A DNA stretch of 64,000 nt. It comes from Octopus bimaculoides (Eukaryota). Below the pieces are notes generated by a model. The model was not told the origin of the DNA. It was given only the letters and a program-made list of their open reading frames with translations, and searched no databases. Positions 49,961-63,430 of the stretch are shown one piece after another. Where the stretch lies: positions 17,239,831-17,303,830 of the forward strand of contig NC_068985.1 of NCBI RefSeq assembly GCF_001194135.2, in the 5' to 3' direction. The stretch's first letter is position 1, and each line of letters opens with the position of its first letter. The translations under genes were made by a program, and so were the position numbers.

Positions 49961-51371
49961 GTTCTATAACACTTACAGTAATTTTCATAACCTTTCATTT
50001 TTATCAATTATAATCATGTAATTCTAAAACAAATAATATTAATTTCAGATTACAAATTGCCTGATATTTTAAATTATATAACAATAAAGTGATTAAACCA
50101 ATAGCTTTAGGTCTCAAGTGTAATACAAGTGTATCATAAACTAGAGGAAATTTCAGCACAAGTAGCATAGAACAAGTAATAACAGTAGAAAAAATAAATA
50201 AATAAAGGAAGGGTTAAAGGAAAAGCATGTTGCATAACTGATTTGTTTAAGCTAATGTTTTATACACTGTTAAAGCTTGCCCTGAATTTCTTTTGTTCCA
50301 CTGTTTTGAATATAAAATGAGACAAGTAAACAAATTGTATATGAATATCGAACATTGGGAAGATTGAAAATGGGAATAACACAAAGAAATGATGTAAAAT
50401 AAAATATATTATAAAAAGAAGAAAGATTAGACGTAACTGGGATTGCAATAGAAATAGAAAATGCAAGATCAGATCTTGACAACAGTTAGAATATTCTTTT
50501 AAGTGGTTTACTAATAAGTTAATAACCAGTAGGTTACTAGATTTTCCTGATCCACTGATACAAAGCAAAACTCATGAGTTTATTGTAAAGTAAAGGTTGC
50601 TCATGATCTGATTACTCCAGCCTTAAAAGATGAATTAGTCCTCAATGTATCCCTTCTATCACCCTCAACCAGTACAACTAGTTCTTATCTTCTCCAAACT
50701 CAGTCAATTTCTCTCTCTCTCAATCTACTATATGAAAACACACTACATGACTATATGAAAACACACTACAGTGTGTCCCAAACCATGAAAAGGTAGCTTC
50801 TTTTTATATTTTTTTCTAATTTTTTATCTGTATGTTCTACTTCACACAACTGAATATTCTTCCAACTCATATAAGCATTAAAAACACGAATATAGTTTTA
50901 ATGTGAGTAAGAGAGACAGTCTTCCATGTAGAAACCACCATAGCCATATGCAGTAATACTCTCAGAACCCAACAAATCCATAGAAATGGATTGTTCTTCA
51001 GTAGCCAATACCAGGAACATTTGCGATCTTCATATCTCTGCTTTTGCCAATAAGTGTTTGTGGTCAGTACAACATCAAGATCAAGAACTATGTGTATTCC
51101 ATCCCAGGCAGTTTCAGTAGCAAATTTAAAGATGGAACCAACTACCCACTAAGAGTAAGGCAAATGAACACTGAGAAGCCATAATCAATGGAAAGACAAA
51201 AAAATCAGGCCATGACTAGTGATTTGTAGAAGGGAAAAGGTTACCACCATCCACTGAGGAACAAAATCAAGATGACAGAAAGGAAATAACAAAGGAAGAT
51301 AAGACATAAATGAATCAAACAAATATGTTGGGCTTTGATAACCTCCACAGTAGACTTAACATAGAGATGAA

Positions 51372-51960
51372 GGATCTTTTTTAAAACGGGGGCCACATTT
51401 TTCATTAACGAAACACTTTGAAACTTGGAACACTGGTAGAATGTGTCATATAAAACATCTTTTTCTCTTAGTCTTCTTAAAAAAAAAGAAATCCATAAAT
51501 TATTCCATGTTAAAGTTGTCGTATTTCTGTAATTTCAACCAATCACTGACGTCCATTCAGCCGATATACATTAAGCGCCGACTACATAAACAAACGATTC
51601 TGAAACAATTAACCCTAACCCTAACTCTAACCCTAACCCTAACCCTACGGTTAGGGTTAGGGTTAGAGTTAGGGTTAGGGTTAGGGTTAAAGCAAATTTA
51701 AAATGAAAAAAGCAAATAAAACGAAGAATCGTTTGTTTATGTAGTCGGCACTTAATGTATATCGGCTGAATGGACGTCAGTGATTGGTTGAAATTATCGA
51801 AATAAGACAATTTTTTACATGAAATAAATTCGAATACAAAAATATTTTTCTGTTCTATAACACAAAATAGATAAGTATACGAAGTTTGAAAGTCTTTCGG
51901 TACCAAAAACACTACGTAAAACATTAATGAAAAATGTGGCCCCCGTTTTAAAAAAGATCC
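51372..51960. mobile_element. 589-bp MITE with 37-bp perfect TIRs, an 8-bp TSD and a telomeric palindrome at its centre
   Basis: TIR GGATCTTTTTTAAAACGGGGGCCACATTTTTCATTAA (51372-51408 and 51924-51960); TSD GAGATGAA (51364-51371 and 51961-51968); inner IR 51531-51601 / 51725-51795. Confidence 0.92.
51609..51690. repeat. (CCCTAA)6-(TTAGGG)6-like interstitial telomeric palindrome
   Basis: TTAAC(CCTAAC)2 TCTAAC (CCTAAC)2 CCTA-CG-GTTAGG...GTTAA; one variant unit in each arm. Confidence 0.95.
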
Positions 51961-52079
51961 GAGATGAACAAGCATAAAACAATTAAAATATTTGTTAAAA
52001 CTTGTCCAACACATATAGTCTTTTTTCGTGCCCACAACCTTGTCATTCAAATCAGGAATTGGACAACAGACATATATAT

Positions 52080-52330
52080 AATCTCACGCACTGGTACAGA
52101 CATATGATACAAAAGGTATATAACAGCTATTTAAAGAAGTGCTGAGGGAACTCATAGAAGAGGAAGACCAAAGAAGACACTAGATAAAGTGTTGAGGATT
52201 GATCTCAAGCATCATTTGAATGAGATGAATGAGACCAGAGGTGACAGATTGGGGACACACAGTGCTGGAAAAAATTCGACCATGCAGACAAGCATAGTGA
52301 AATGGACATAAAAAGAGGAGTAGTAGTGGA
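52080..52330 (+). mobile_element. RTE-clade LINE 3' end
   Basis: EGTHRRGRPKKTLDKVLRIDLK, followed by a short 3' UTR-like tail. Confidence 0.7.
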
Positions 52331-52695
52331 CACTAGGATGTATAATGTCTTTCACCTATTTTGAGCCAGCTAAGTTTCCATCTGCTACCCCTCTTACCTG
52401 TTCTCTCATCTCTCTATCACTTACCTATTCTCCTATTCATTGTACCAGGTCACCTGCATAAAGAAAAATACCTTCCATTTGTCCATACCCATTCTCCCTC
52501 TTCCAACCATTAAATGTATCTCTCTACAGTGCTCTCTCTCCCATCATGATGCCTGAGTAACAAAGGATTATTGCATATCACCCCTCCCTCAATCCTCCTG
52601 CACCACTAGCCATCACTTCCCCTTCGGCAAGTCACACATTACTGACATCCATCACACTCTCATACCATCATTTTACGACTATCCATCATCCCCCC

Positions 52696-52742
<47 letters not shown>

Positions 52743-55700
52743 ACAAACATGTAGCTGCCTTTAATGTTTTCTCCCATTACTTTCTGTCATTACTTTCTCA
52801 CATTTAACCCTGACATTACAGTTTCTCTTCCATTAAACTTCCTAGTTCTGTTTCCTCCCAACATACCTCTGCTTCTTCTTCCTTCTCACTCTAGTTGTCT
52901 TCTGCTATTGCCTTCTGTAATGCCCAAGCTGTTGGTCATATAACTCAGAATAAATGGATACATTATATATAAAACCATAGGGGGTACCCTTTTGTTATGC
53001 AGGAAACATATCTACTTCACCAGTGCTAGTACCATATATAACCACAGAAACAGAGTGACAGATTAACATAACAAATACATGTGTAAATACACACAAACTA
53101 AGAAATACCTCCATACACACAAACACAGACATATACATTGCATATTAATGAACCCACACACGTATATTCACAAGTAAAAAATGTTCAAGTCCTAAACCTT
53201 AGAAACCCTCATACACATACACACACAAAAAACAAGTAAAATAGAGTTGGAGACAGCCAGAGGTGAGTTACATAAAAAAAAAACATCAACAGTTAGTATG
53301 AAATATAATTTCTTAAAAGAAACCAAATTAATTGAGAGAAAGAACAGGAAACATGAGTAACAGATGATAGAAGACTTCAGGGAAGTTATAAAAGGGAAAT
53401 ACAGAAGTTTTACAGAATCAGAATTTAAAAGGAGAGAAAAAGAATACAGCGGAAATGGAAAATTCGTTGTAAAAAATAACAAAAAGGTTTAATGAGTCAA
53501 AATATTAAAAAAAAACAAAAAAAAAAAAAAACAGTTGGAAGTTGGCAGTGAGATAACAGATCAAAAAATATCTTTAAAAAAATATTCCAAAGTAATGTTA
53601 AGATCCAATGCATTTCAATGGAACAGCTAAAAAAAAATGCGCAGCAAGCTTCAGCTAATCAGTGTTCAATATTTGTTTTGATTGATGCTTAATGTTTGCC
53701 TTTAAATATATTCTTAATGTTCTTTTTACTTCGTTTTCGCCTGAAGATCAAAAACATGAGATTCAAACTAACAATTTGTGAAGTTTCCAATAAAATCTGG
53801 TGTTTGTGTACATGTGTCTGACACTGCACCAGTATTTAAATAAGAGAGGCATTGAGTAAAAATGTTAACTTAGAGAAACAGTGTTCTAGTTGACCATAAC
53901 CAAATCTAGTTTGTCTTGCTGTCTATTCCCTTCTCATATGTTAACAAAGCTTCTTAGTCACTTTTACATTTCTTTGTAAATTTGTTGCTATTTAGTTCCA
54001 GAGCCTTTATTCTGTTGACCCCCTGTAGACTCCATTCTGAAGCTTTTGACAGATTTTAATAATCATCATATACAAAGAAATTCCTAAAGAGAACTGATCC
54101 TAAACTCATAACATAAAATAATATGAATTGAGAACTACGAAATATTTTGTGCCACACTCTAACCACTCTAATAACAGTAATAATTATTAACAATATTAAT
54201 TACTATTAAATCCATAATATGGCTTCATGCCAATATTATCATCACCATTACCATCATCACAATTGTTTCAACATTTATTGATTTATCTAATCAGTTTAAA
54301 CAGTTGTGTAAGGCTTGTATGTCAATGCAGACTAAGAAAGGTATATAATACTCTTTTTATAAAGAATAAACAAAAATAAAAGCAAAAAATAAAAGAACAA
54401 ATAAAAAGAAAGACAAGGAGTAGATCCAGAGTCGAGGGGAAATGTCACTGATGAGGTTGTAAATGGCAACAAAAGGACTTTGACAGACCTAACTCACTGA
54501 AGGATTCACGGGACAATTAATCAAAGAATTGATTAGTTAATTGGTTAAATAGTTAACCAATTGATAAATAAATAATAAAGAAGGGGAACAAAATTAACGC
54601 ATGAGTTTATTAATGGCATAATGACCTCCCAAGATACAACAAATAAAAAAGAGGAAAAAGAAATATAGATAAAGAACAGTTAAAGGTTGCCATTATTAAA
54701 CCTTTAAAAATGGTTTAATAATGGAAGATCTTGTGTTGATGGATCATTGAAAATCAACTGCACATCTAGCACTGATAGCCTTGTCAAAACTATTTCCAAA
54801 ATTTTATCTAAGATGTAATTTTTGCATTAGAACAAATAATGGCATATGGTTTCTGAATAGTCTTCACAAAAACATAAAAGTAATTTCATATGACCTCTTC
54901 ATGATAGGACATAGTTCAAAGGAATGTGGTTTGTTCAGTATCTGATATATTTCATCTCTTATCTTTTAATTATTTCAGGCACTGGACAGTGGAGAATTAA
55001 GTTACTTGGATGCAAACAAACCAGCTATGGTTGTCAGCAGCGGTAGAAGAAGAAAAACATAAACACACATACACAGCTTACATCTACCAAATTTACTCAA
55101 GGCAATTAGTCAGCCCAGAACTCTAGAAAAAGACACTTACACAAGGTGCCATACAGTAGGACTTACATTGCAACCAATTTACCCTGTTACACTTTAATTT
55201 GCATCTTAATAATGGTTAACATAGGATTAGCTGAAAATATTCATAAAGAACATTATAATCAAAGCTTTAGTGTTTGTTTTACCTGAAATATATTATAAGA
55301 CATTAAAAGAAAATCTCAGATTCAAGAAGGGATTTACTTTTGAAAGTGGAAGGAGACTAAAATATGTTGTCTAATTTGTTTAAGCTATCTACAAACATGT
55401 GCAATACTAGGCACTTGTCTCTAGTCATCTAGCCATAACAGTCATGCCTCAATCTATCAAATTCTGAAGTATTTAATCCTACTGTAATGCATTCAAAAAT
55501 GTGTTCTACTTCTTAATGTTATTCTGATTATGGTGAAGGTGAATCACACCTCAAGCTTAGCAAAGCAGATAAGCCATCACTAATGAAACGAGAGTGTTTT
55601 TGTGATGCATATCTTCAACAAGTTATGACAAGTACCAATTTTCATTTCAATGGCAGCAAATCATTTCAAATGCAATGGTTAATTACTATTCAAAATGAAT

Positions 55701-57002
55701 TAATTACTTAGGTCAAATCAATATTAATATCTGAATTTAAAATGTTATTAATTGAATAAATATTTCTATTTTGTCCCTCATATTTCATTTCCACATCAAC
55801 ATCATTTTACATCTGCTTTTTGATGCTGGCATGGGTTGGACAGGTTTTCTGAGGCAATATTTTACAGTTAGATGTCCTTCCTGTTATCAACTCCTTTAAC
55901 CAATTACAGTATTTAAAAGTCTAATACTTCATAGAAACATGATTAATAATGCTTAACTAGCTATATGTTGCCTATAGCTGAAATGCTATTAAAGTTACTA
56001 GGACAATGAAAAGTTTTAAATTAGAAACCACAGTCTCATGTAAATGATAATAGATATTGGAAATATCAAATTTGAGCCAGATAAGTGATAGAGCTACAAA
56101 CATACTGACAAGATTCTTGATTGCAAATGACTATGTTTACTGAACAGTAGAACACCTGCCATTCTCAAATTAGGAACTATAAATTATTTCAGTTATTAAA
56201 TACATATAGGATAGGTTATTCTACTAATGTTCAACACAGTGTGGTGTCTTACCTCTGATCAATGTTTGCATTGAAATAATCTCATAATTCCTAATAAAGT
56301 TTAATATAATTTCCATCAAAATCTCATTGGTTAATTTATTATAGTAGAGTGTAATATTTAGTTTAAAGTCTAAAACTAGTTGATATTAATAAATTGAAAA
56401 TGAAAGTGAAATAGTGAAAATAACTTACCTATCACTGTCATTTTAACATTTATAACTAACACGTTCACAACATGGCTGTATTTTAAAGATCATTTATTAC
56501 TAGAATTGTAGGTATTGATTTAGCTGTTCGTATCATCTTTTGTACTTATAACTATGCTTCATTTAACTACAATTTCATTTTATTGAAATCACAAAACTTT
56601 ATTGTAAATCGGAATATTAATTTGAAATACATAAAAGGTTAAATTAATTGATATATTAGCTGCAGAACATTTAAACTGCTAGCAATAGTCTATATAAAAG
56701 CTGTTGAATTGCAAAACTGAATAATCCACACCACTAAGTAGTTATATCATAGAGCAATGGAAAATACTTAGCAGCTTATATCACCAGCTACAAGTTCTGT
56801 AACACAGTGAACTTAGAGAAAGAAAATGTCAATACAGAGAATCAATTATCAACACTGACTAACACTATCAATGCTGAGACTATGTAAACCAAGTAATGCT
56901 ACAGCCACATCTAAACAGAAATTTGTGTCATTGTAATATAGCTGTTTACATAGGAGATCTTAACATACTTTCACTCAGCAGTGTCAAAATACAGGCATTG
57001 TG

Positions 57003-57040
<38 letters not shown>

Positions 57041-58129
57041 TGCGCAATATTATCCATTCATTATTCATGAAAAACAGAGACTAAAACTATCGCATGCCCC
57101 CAAAAATGTTAGGATTTATACTCTCAGGTGATCTCATGGTGACTGCTTACAATTATGATTACATCATAACATACAGGTTTGTTTCTCTAGTCAGAAAATA
57201 TTTCAGTACAGAACTGATTGCTTTTGTGTTGTGTCAGTCTAAGCTTTTTCTATCCTTAACTATAACAATAATCTTTCTCTTCTCTGAACTTACTAGCAAT
57301 ATGCTACTATCAACAAAAGTATTTCATTCGCTTCATTACCAACTTTATACAAAAATAACCACAATAAAGAATGACTTTCTATTTATTATATCTAGTTGTG
57401 GACTGTAGATGCTATGCACTATAAATTAACTGATGAGAATCCAATGGAAATTACATAAGACATTAATTAGACTTCATGAGACTCTAACCCTTATCAGACT
57501 ATAATAAATACACTCCCTATCCCTCCTCTGAAGTTGTATTCATATATTCGACAACTGGCTTTTAAAAGTTTTAACTCAAAATTACTCACATTAAACTTAT
57601 CCAACATTCTTATCTCCCAGTATAGGAAAGTTTTACAAGGTAACAGACACTTCCCACATAAAAGCACTACAACAACACTATCTCTCCAACTTATTCCAAA
57701 CATGTACAAAACACATAAATATCAGATTAGTTGCAAACTGACTTCTGCTCACAGGACTAACCAAAATAAGCCTTAAGGATTCAACTTCATTGTATAATGA
57801 TTGGATTTACTATGTCTTTCTCTGCTTCAAACATCACAGCTGCCTCTAGATATAATAAAACAGGTTTAATAGTGAAGTGGATAGAAGTCTCAACAGATAT
57901 AATATATTTCATATGACCAAAAACACATGAAAAAAAATGTTTCAAGTATTTATAGAACCAGACTAAAGTATGGTGTATTGAGTGTGCTGAAATAAAAGTT
58001 CTGCTCCAAATACTCAGTTTCTTCCAAACCAAATACGTCTGTTTAATGACAATCAATTGTTAATCTGAATAAAACACACTTTATTGAATATATACCTAAA
58101 GTGTAAACTAGCTCAGCATCATCAAAAAG

Positions 58130-58530
58130 GTGGCGCAGGAGTGGCTGTGTGGTAAGTAGCTTGCTTACCAGCCACATGGTTCTGGGTTCAGTCCCACTGC
58201 GTGGCATCTTGGGCAAGTGTCTTCTACTATAGCCTCGGGCCGACCAAAGCCTTGTGAGTGGATTTGGTAGACGGAAACTGAAAGAAGCCTGTTGTATATA
58301 TGTATATATATGTATATATATATGTGTGTGTGTGTGTTTGTCCCCCTAGCATTGCTTGACAACCGATGCTGGTGTGTTTATGTCCCTGTCATTAGCGGTT
58401 CAGCAAAAGAGACCGATAGAATAAGTACTAGGCTTACAAAGAATAAGTCCCGGGGTCGATTTGCTCGACTAAAGGTGGTGCTCCAGCATGGCCACAGTCA
58501 AATGACTGAAACATGTAAAAGAGTAAAAAA
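58130..58530 (+). mobile_element. SINE family B, well-preserved copy
   Basis: GGCGCAGGAGTGGCTGTGTGG head, GGTTCAGTCCC B-box-like motif, core-like TCTTGGGCAAGTGTCTTCTACTATAGCC, internal microsatellite, 3' half. Resembles the octopus tRNA-derived CORE-type SINEs (from recall). Confidence 0.9.
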
Positions 58531-59665
58531 GTAGAACCTTTGAAGATTTATCCAAGAATAAGGCAGATGACAATTAGAGAACATTCTAACAAAATATAGG
58601 AATAAAAACATAAAAGATGAGGTTAATAATCAGCTTAGAAATAGAAATCTCATGTAAACTTCCAATCCAAAGCATTCCCTTATTACACAAGCTGACAGAG
58701 CCTCTACGTGGTCAACCAACAAGAAACATAACTTGCACCTCCCTGTCCCAAGTTAGTAAAAGGGAAAAGCACATTGGATTATATAGCGCTGGAAACTGCC
58801 TAAAAGACAGGAAGATCACAGCTAGAATGCCTTTGATCACAGGTTTGCTTGATCGGGGTTTACCTGGGACTAAAAAACAACTACATCAATTTTCTGATTA
58901 CATATTTTTATAATATCCTTCCAACATTCCTCATTCATATTAAGAGATATTTTTAACTGTCAAAACTGCTCTAATTATAATGAGCAGAATAAAAATGTTA
59001 AGTTTACCTCCAAGGACAGGATAACATTGTAACAATATCATATGGGCTTATAGATCAGGAAGCCAACAATTATTTCTAGTAAGCTATATTCAGAAATAGC
59101 ATTTAAATAGATCCTGTTATAACATTTGAATGAAATGTTTTGTTCAGTATGCCAGTGCACATCTCATAAAGGTTTATTGTCATTTTACTTGAAATAGCAC
59201 ATCTCCCACAGCACCCATTAACTAGTTTCATACTGCATACGTTATTATTTTCTACATAACCCATCCACTAATTAACTGCTTCTAATTTAGGCATAAGGCC
59301 AGCAATTTTGAGGGAACAGAGTAGTCGATTACACTGGCCCCAGTACCTGACTGGTACTTTATTTTATTGAGTTTTGGAAGAATAAAATGCAAAGTTGACC
59401 TTGGCTGGATTTGAACTCAGAACCTAAAAAGCCAGAACAAATACCACCAGGCAATTTTCCTGATGCTATAATGATTCTGCCAATTCATTATGCAAGCACT
59501 TACTAGTGATGTAAGAACACATCAGTGCTCACCTTTAACCTTTACAATTTCATCAACAACTTCAGTACTTAAATCTCTGTAATCCTCTAGAATTCTACAA
59601 TGAGAACTAGACCATCAACATATCTTGGCAGAGTTTCTACAGCTGATATAAATAAATAAATATAT

Positions 59666-60068
59666 AGGCGCAACATGTCTGTGTGGTAAGAAGCTTGCCT
59701 CTCAACCATATGGTCCTGGGTTCAGTCCCACTGCATGGCACCTTGGGCAAGTGTCTTCTACTATAGCCTCAGGCCGACCAAAGCCCTGTGAGTGGATTTG
59801 GTAGATGAAAACTGAAAGAAGCCTGTCATATATATGTATGTATCTGTGTATTTGTGTGTGTGTCTGTGTTTGTTCCACCTGCTACCATCGCTTGACAACC
59901 GATATTGGTGAGTTTATGTCCCTGTAACATTAGCAGTTCGGCAAAAGAGACTGATAGAATAATTACTAGGCTTACAAAGAATAAGTCCAGGGGTCGATTT
60001 GTTCGACTAAAGACGATGCTCCAGCATGGCCACAGTTAAATGACTGAAACAAGTAAAAGAATAAAAAG
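59666..60068 (+). mobile_element. SINE family B
   Basis: Full-length match to 58130-58530. Further partial copies at 14346-14510, 36140-36290, 46130-46265 and 49045-49290. Confidence 0.9.
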
Positions 60069-60561
60069 ATATATATACTCACACACACACACACACACGT
60101 ATAAAGATATATACATATATACACACAAACCTATGCACACATACACGTATATAAAAATCAAACAGGTAACAAGTAAAATTTGAGGCAAAGAGGAAACAAA
60201 CAAAACAAAATAAGATAAATAGATGAATGAATGAATAAATAATATTCTTTTCTACTCTAGGTACAAGGCCCAAAATTTGGGGCGAGGGGGTCAGTCGATT
60301 AGATTGACTCCAGTACACAACTGGTTTCTATTCCTAACGCCAACCTATACACACACACACACGAGGGGACTATTTGATTACAACAACCCCAGTGTTTCAC
60401 TGGTACTTAATTTATCAACCCCGAAAGGATGAAAGGCAGAGTCGACCTCAGCAGAATTTGAACTCAGAATGTAAACACAGACAAAATTCCATTAAGTATT
60501 TTGCCCAGTGTGCTAATAATTCTGCCAGCTCACTGTCTTAATAATGATAATAATAATAATG

Positions 60562-61130
60562 ATAGAGATGGACTAATTCTTGCTACTCAAGACCAATGCT
60601 TGACCACAAACAACTATGAAAACAAAATAATGAAAACATGCCCTAACACCAAATGCAGAATGTGTAACCAGCACAGTGAAACAGTTGACCACATTATCTC
60701 TGGCTGTAGTTATATCAACTGGACAATATGCCAACACTACAACATAAAAACTGACAAAAAATAGGATAAAAATATGCCAAACAAGGTACATGACAATGAC
60801 CAGGCCACAATCATCTGGATATGCCTGTTCAAATTGACAGAGAATCATCCAGATATAAAAATCAAGGATTGGGGATACATATTGCAGTCCCTTCTGACCA
60901 AAAAGAAGTGGAGAAACTGTCAAATACAAAGACCTCAAAATTGAAGTATTCAAGATGTGGGGCATGAAAGTGAAGACAATATCAGTAATAATTGCAGCAA
61001 TGGGTATGATAAAAAGAAAGTATGAACAAAAACATAGAAGTTAAACCTGGACCTTCAATACTAGACACTATCCCAAAAATAGACCTGTTAGGAACAGTCC
61101 ACATCGTATGCAAGACTATCAATTCAATAG
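60562..61130 (+). mobile_element. R4/Dong-like non-LTR retrotransposon C-terminus (CCHC knuckle and RLE endonuclease region)
   Basis: DGLILATQDQCLTTNNY...KCRMCNQHSETVDHIISGC; INWTICQHYNI; NDQATIIW; KYKDLKIEVFKMWGMKVKTISVIIAAMGMIK. Frameshifted. Confidence 0.8.
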
Positions 61131-61599
61131 TATAACCCAAATTAAAAAAAATCCACAAACACAAGACACACTCTATACAGTAAATATTCAATAACATAAA
61201 CAATTCCCACAACATGTACTCTATAGGCTGGATACCTAACAGAAGAACACAACTGGCATTACACACAATACACAATACAAACCCTAATACAACAAAAGAC
61301 TGCAACCAAACCTCATAACAAAACAAACAGATGCAATACAATACAGCGAAAAGTCTGCACTCTCCAAACAACAAAAGAACACACAATACTGCATACACTT
61401 TCTGAAACAATCAAATGTTGGGCTCCACATGCAAGGACATGTGCTGTTTATCTTGATATAAGATCACCATGTTGCGCACATATGGTTATGATGCATGTAC
61501 CTGGTGTACCCTTATCGGACAGATAGTCATGATGGGTATATTTGGCTTTATATATTTTACCCTAGCGTCACTTTGATGGCATGTACTGCTCTCTCACTC

Positions 61600-61632
<33 letters not shown>

Positions 61633-61633
<1 letters not shown>

Positions 61634-62072
61634 TTCGATGACTAGCACCCATGCCAACGTCGTCTCCTTCATTGGACACGAAACTCAGTTTGCGAAGACC
61701 TGTTGGGGCAAGCGAAAGCGAAATCATAATGGCACCTGTGCCCAGCATCGCCTTCCTGGCACGTGTAAAGACATTCAAGCGAGATCATTGCCAGCGCTGC
61801 TGGACTGGCTTCTGTGCAGGTGGCACGTAAAATACACTAGTTTGAGCGTGGCCAGTGCCAGTACCGCCTGACTGGCCCTCGTGCTGGTGGCATGTAAAAG
61901 CACCCACTACACTCTCGGAGGGGTTGGCGTTAGGAAGGGCATCCAGCTGTAGAAACTCTGCCAAATCAGATTGGAGCCTGGTGTAACCATCTGGCTCACC
62001 AGTCCTCAGTCAAATCGTCCAACCCATGCTAGCATGGAAAGCGGACGTTAAATGATGATGATGATGATGATG
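61633..62072 (+). mobile_element. SINE-like family C, longest copy
   Basis: About 110 bp of extra 5' sequence, three modules, body and (GAT)n. Other copies at about 4950-5260(-), 14773-14912, 24110-24420, 25600-25775, 31845-32075, 40046-40151(-), 44425-44612(-) and 63420-63520. Confidence 0.9.
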
Positions 62073-62269
62073 AATAATAATCCTTTCTACTATAGACACA
62101 AGGCCTGGATTTTTGTGGGGTGGGGGACAATCGATCACATCGACACCAGTACTTGACTAGTACTTAATTTATCAACCCCAAAAGGATGAAAGGCAAAGTA
62201 AAGTAGCATCTCCAAGTCTCTTTCCTTGCTGCCTCATTAAATGCAAGTGAGCCATCATCTATGCAAACC

Positions 62270-62702
62270 TTTCCTCATCATATAAGACTTATATCTGAGG
62301 TCTTCGTGGACAACATTTCTGACTGTTCCTTCTGACAAATGGAGATCTTTTGCAATTGACCTCATGGACTTTCTGGGATTGTAATCGATGATCTTTTGAA
62401 CTTGCTGGATAAATTCATGCGTTCTGATGATTTCAGAATGTTTAGAATGCTTTTTATACTTTGATACTGGAGATACGTTTCCATCTTCAGTCTCTAGCTT
62501 CTTACAAACTTTACAGATGAAAGATCTGGAAACTTTTAAAAATTGAGATATTTCTAAACCGCTATGCTCAGCCTTTATAACCACAATAACAGCATGCCTC
62601 TTCATTTCTTGAGTAATCTGAGGGTCTGCTATTATTATTTTCTGAAAAAAGATTATACAGAGTTAGCAAAAAGGTATGTCCTCAAATACCTTATGCACCC
62701 TG
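62270..62702 (-). pseudogene. Tc1/mariner (maT/rosa-like) transposase 5' part with left TIR
   Basis: TA|CAGGGTGCATAAGG terminus at 62704-62689; ORF MKRHAVIVVIKA...NPRKSMRSIAKDLHLSEGTVRNVVHEDLRYKSY (HTH region); fused at about 62270 to an RTE-like fragment (IDDGSLAFNEAARKETWRCY). Confidence 0.85.
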
Positions 62703-63079
62703 TACGTGAAAGTAACGGCAATGTGGTTGTGGAGATATTGAAACAGTAATAAAAGATATATTATGTGAAGTAGTGACACTAATGATGGTAATATACATAT
62801 AAATACTGTCAACATTTGGTATCTGGGCATAATGCCTTAGGATTGAACAAATTGGTCCCAATGCAAGTCTTCAGGTTGTAGTAGTGCCAATGGTAATGCG
62901 GAAGTTAGTAGTTATACTACGAATAGTAATAAAAGTAACTAAGATAATAATCATGGTGACAGAACACTAACGATGATGACAATAATGGTGGTGAAACCAG
63001 TAATAGGGTTAATGGGTTCACGTGTGAGGGAAGGAAGGGGCTTCTATGACTAGGAATCCAGGCTATGAGCTGTCACTAT

Positions 63080-63430
63080 CCTGTTATAGGAGGAATGTAC
63101 TTGAATGTTTGCATGCAGGCAAAGGGGATAGTGTTTCCGCTCTTGTGTTCAGGATGTTGGTTGAAGTTAGGATAGTCAATTTTTTGGTTGCACATAGCTT
63201 GCATCTTGTACCACAGCGATTGTCGGTTTTTGCTTGTGCTACAATACTTCACTTGATAGTACAATTGTTGATATCACTGTCTTTCCGGTACCAGATATAT
63301 TTTGACATGCTTCTGTTTCTTGGTGTATAAAAGAGTTGTATGAAAAAAGATCTTATATACCCTTTTCTGTGAGCCTGGTATGCATTTTGGTAGTGTCACC
63401 ACAATTGTACACTTCAATGTGTTTGTTACC
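63080..63430 (-). mobile_element. Penelope-like element, GIY-YIG endonuclease C-terminal fragment
   Basis: CTIK*SIVAQAKTDNRCGTRCKLCATKKLTILTSTNILNTRAETLSPLPACKHSSTFLL* matches the PLE pattern W.I......Y.....C.LC..EK..I....LN.R.E....C.H...F.L. Confidence 0.7.

Noticed and set aside
51609-51690. Ancestral chromosome end-to-end fusion site
   Set aside because: Fusion scars read (TTAGGG)n(CCCTAA)n. This one has the opposite order and sits inside a TIR/TSD-bounded element. The LTLTLT/LGLGLG ORFs here are repeat translations.
57425-57470. CTGATGAG...GGAAA as another hammerhead (also CTGAAGA at ~62870 and CTGATGA at 11329 and 23227)
   Set aside because: No consistent stem I or stem III and no NUH cleavage triplet in the right position.
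53620-59010. Isolated minus-strand splice-like sites (53721 acceptor; donors near 54499, 56244, 56431 and 59006) as MARCH 5' exons
   Set aside because: None gives a stop-free phase-0 exon with both a good acceptor and a good donor; they cannot be told from chance without cDNA.
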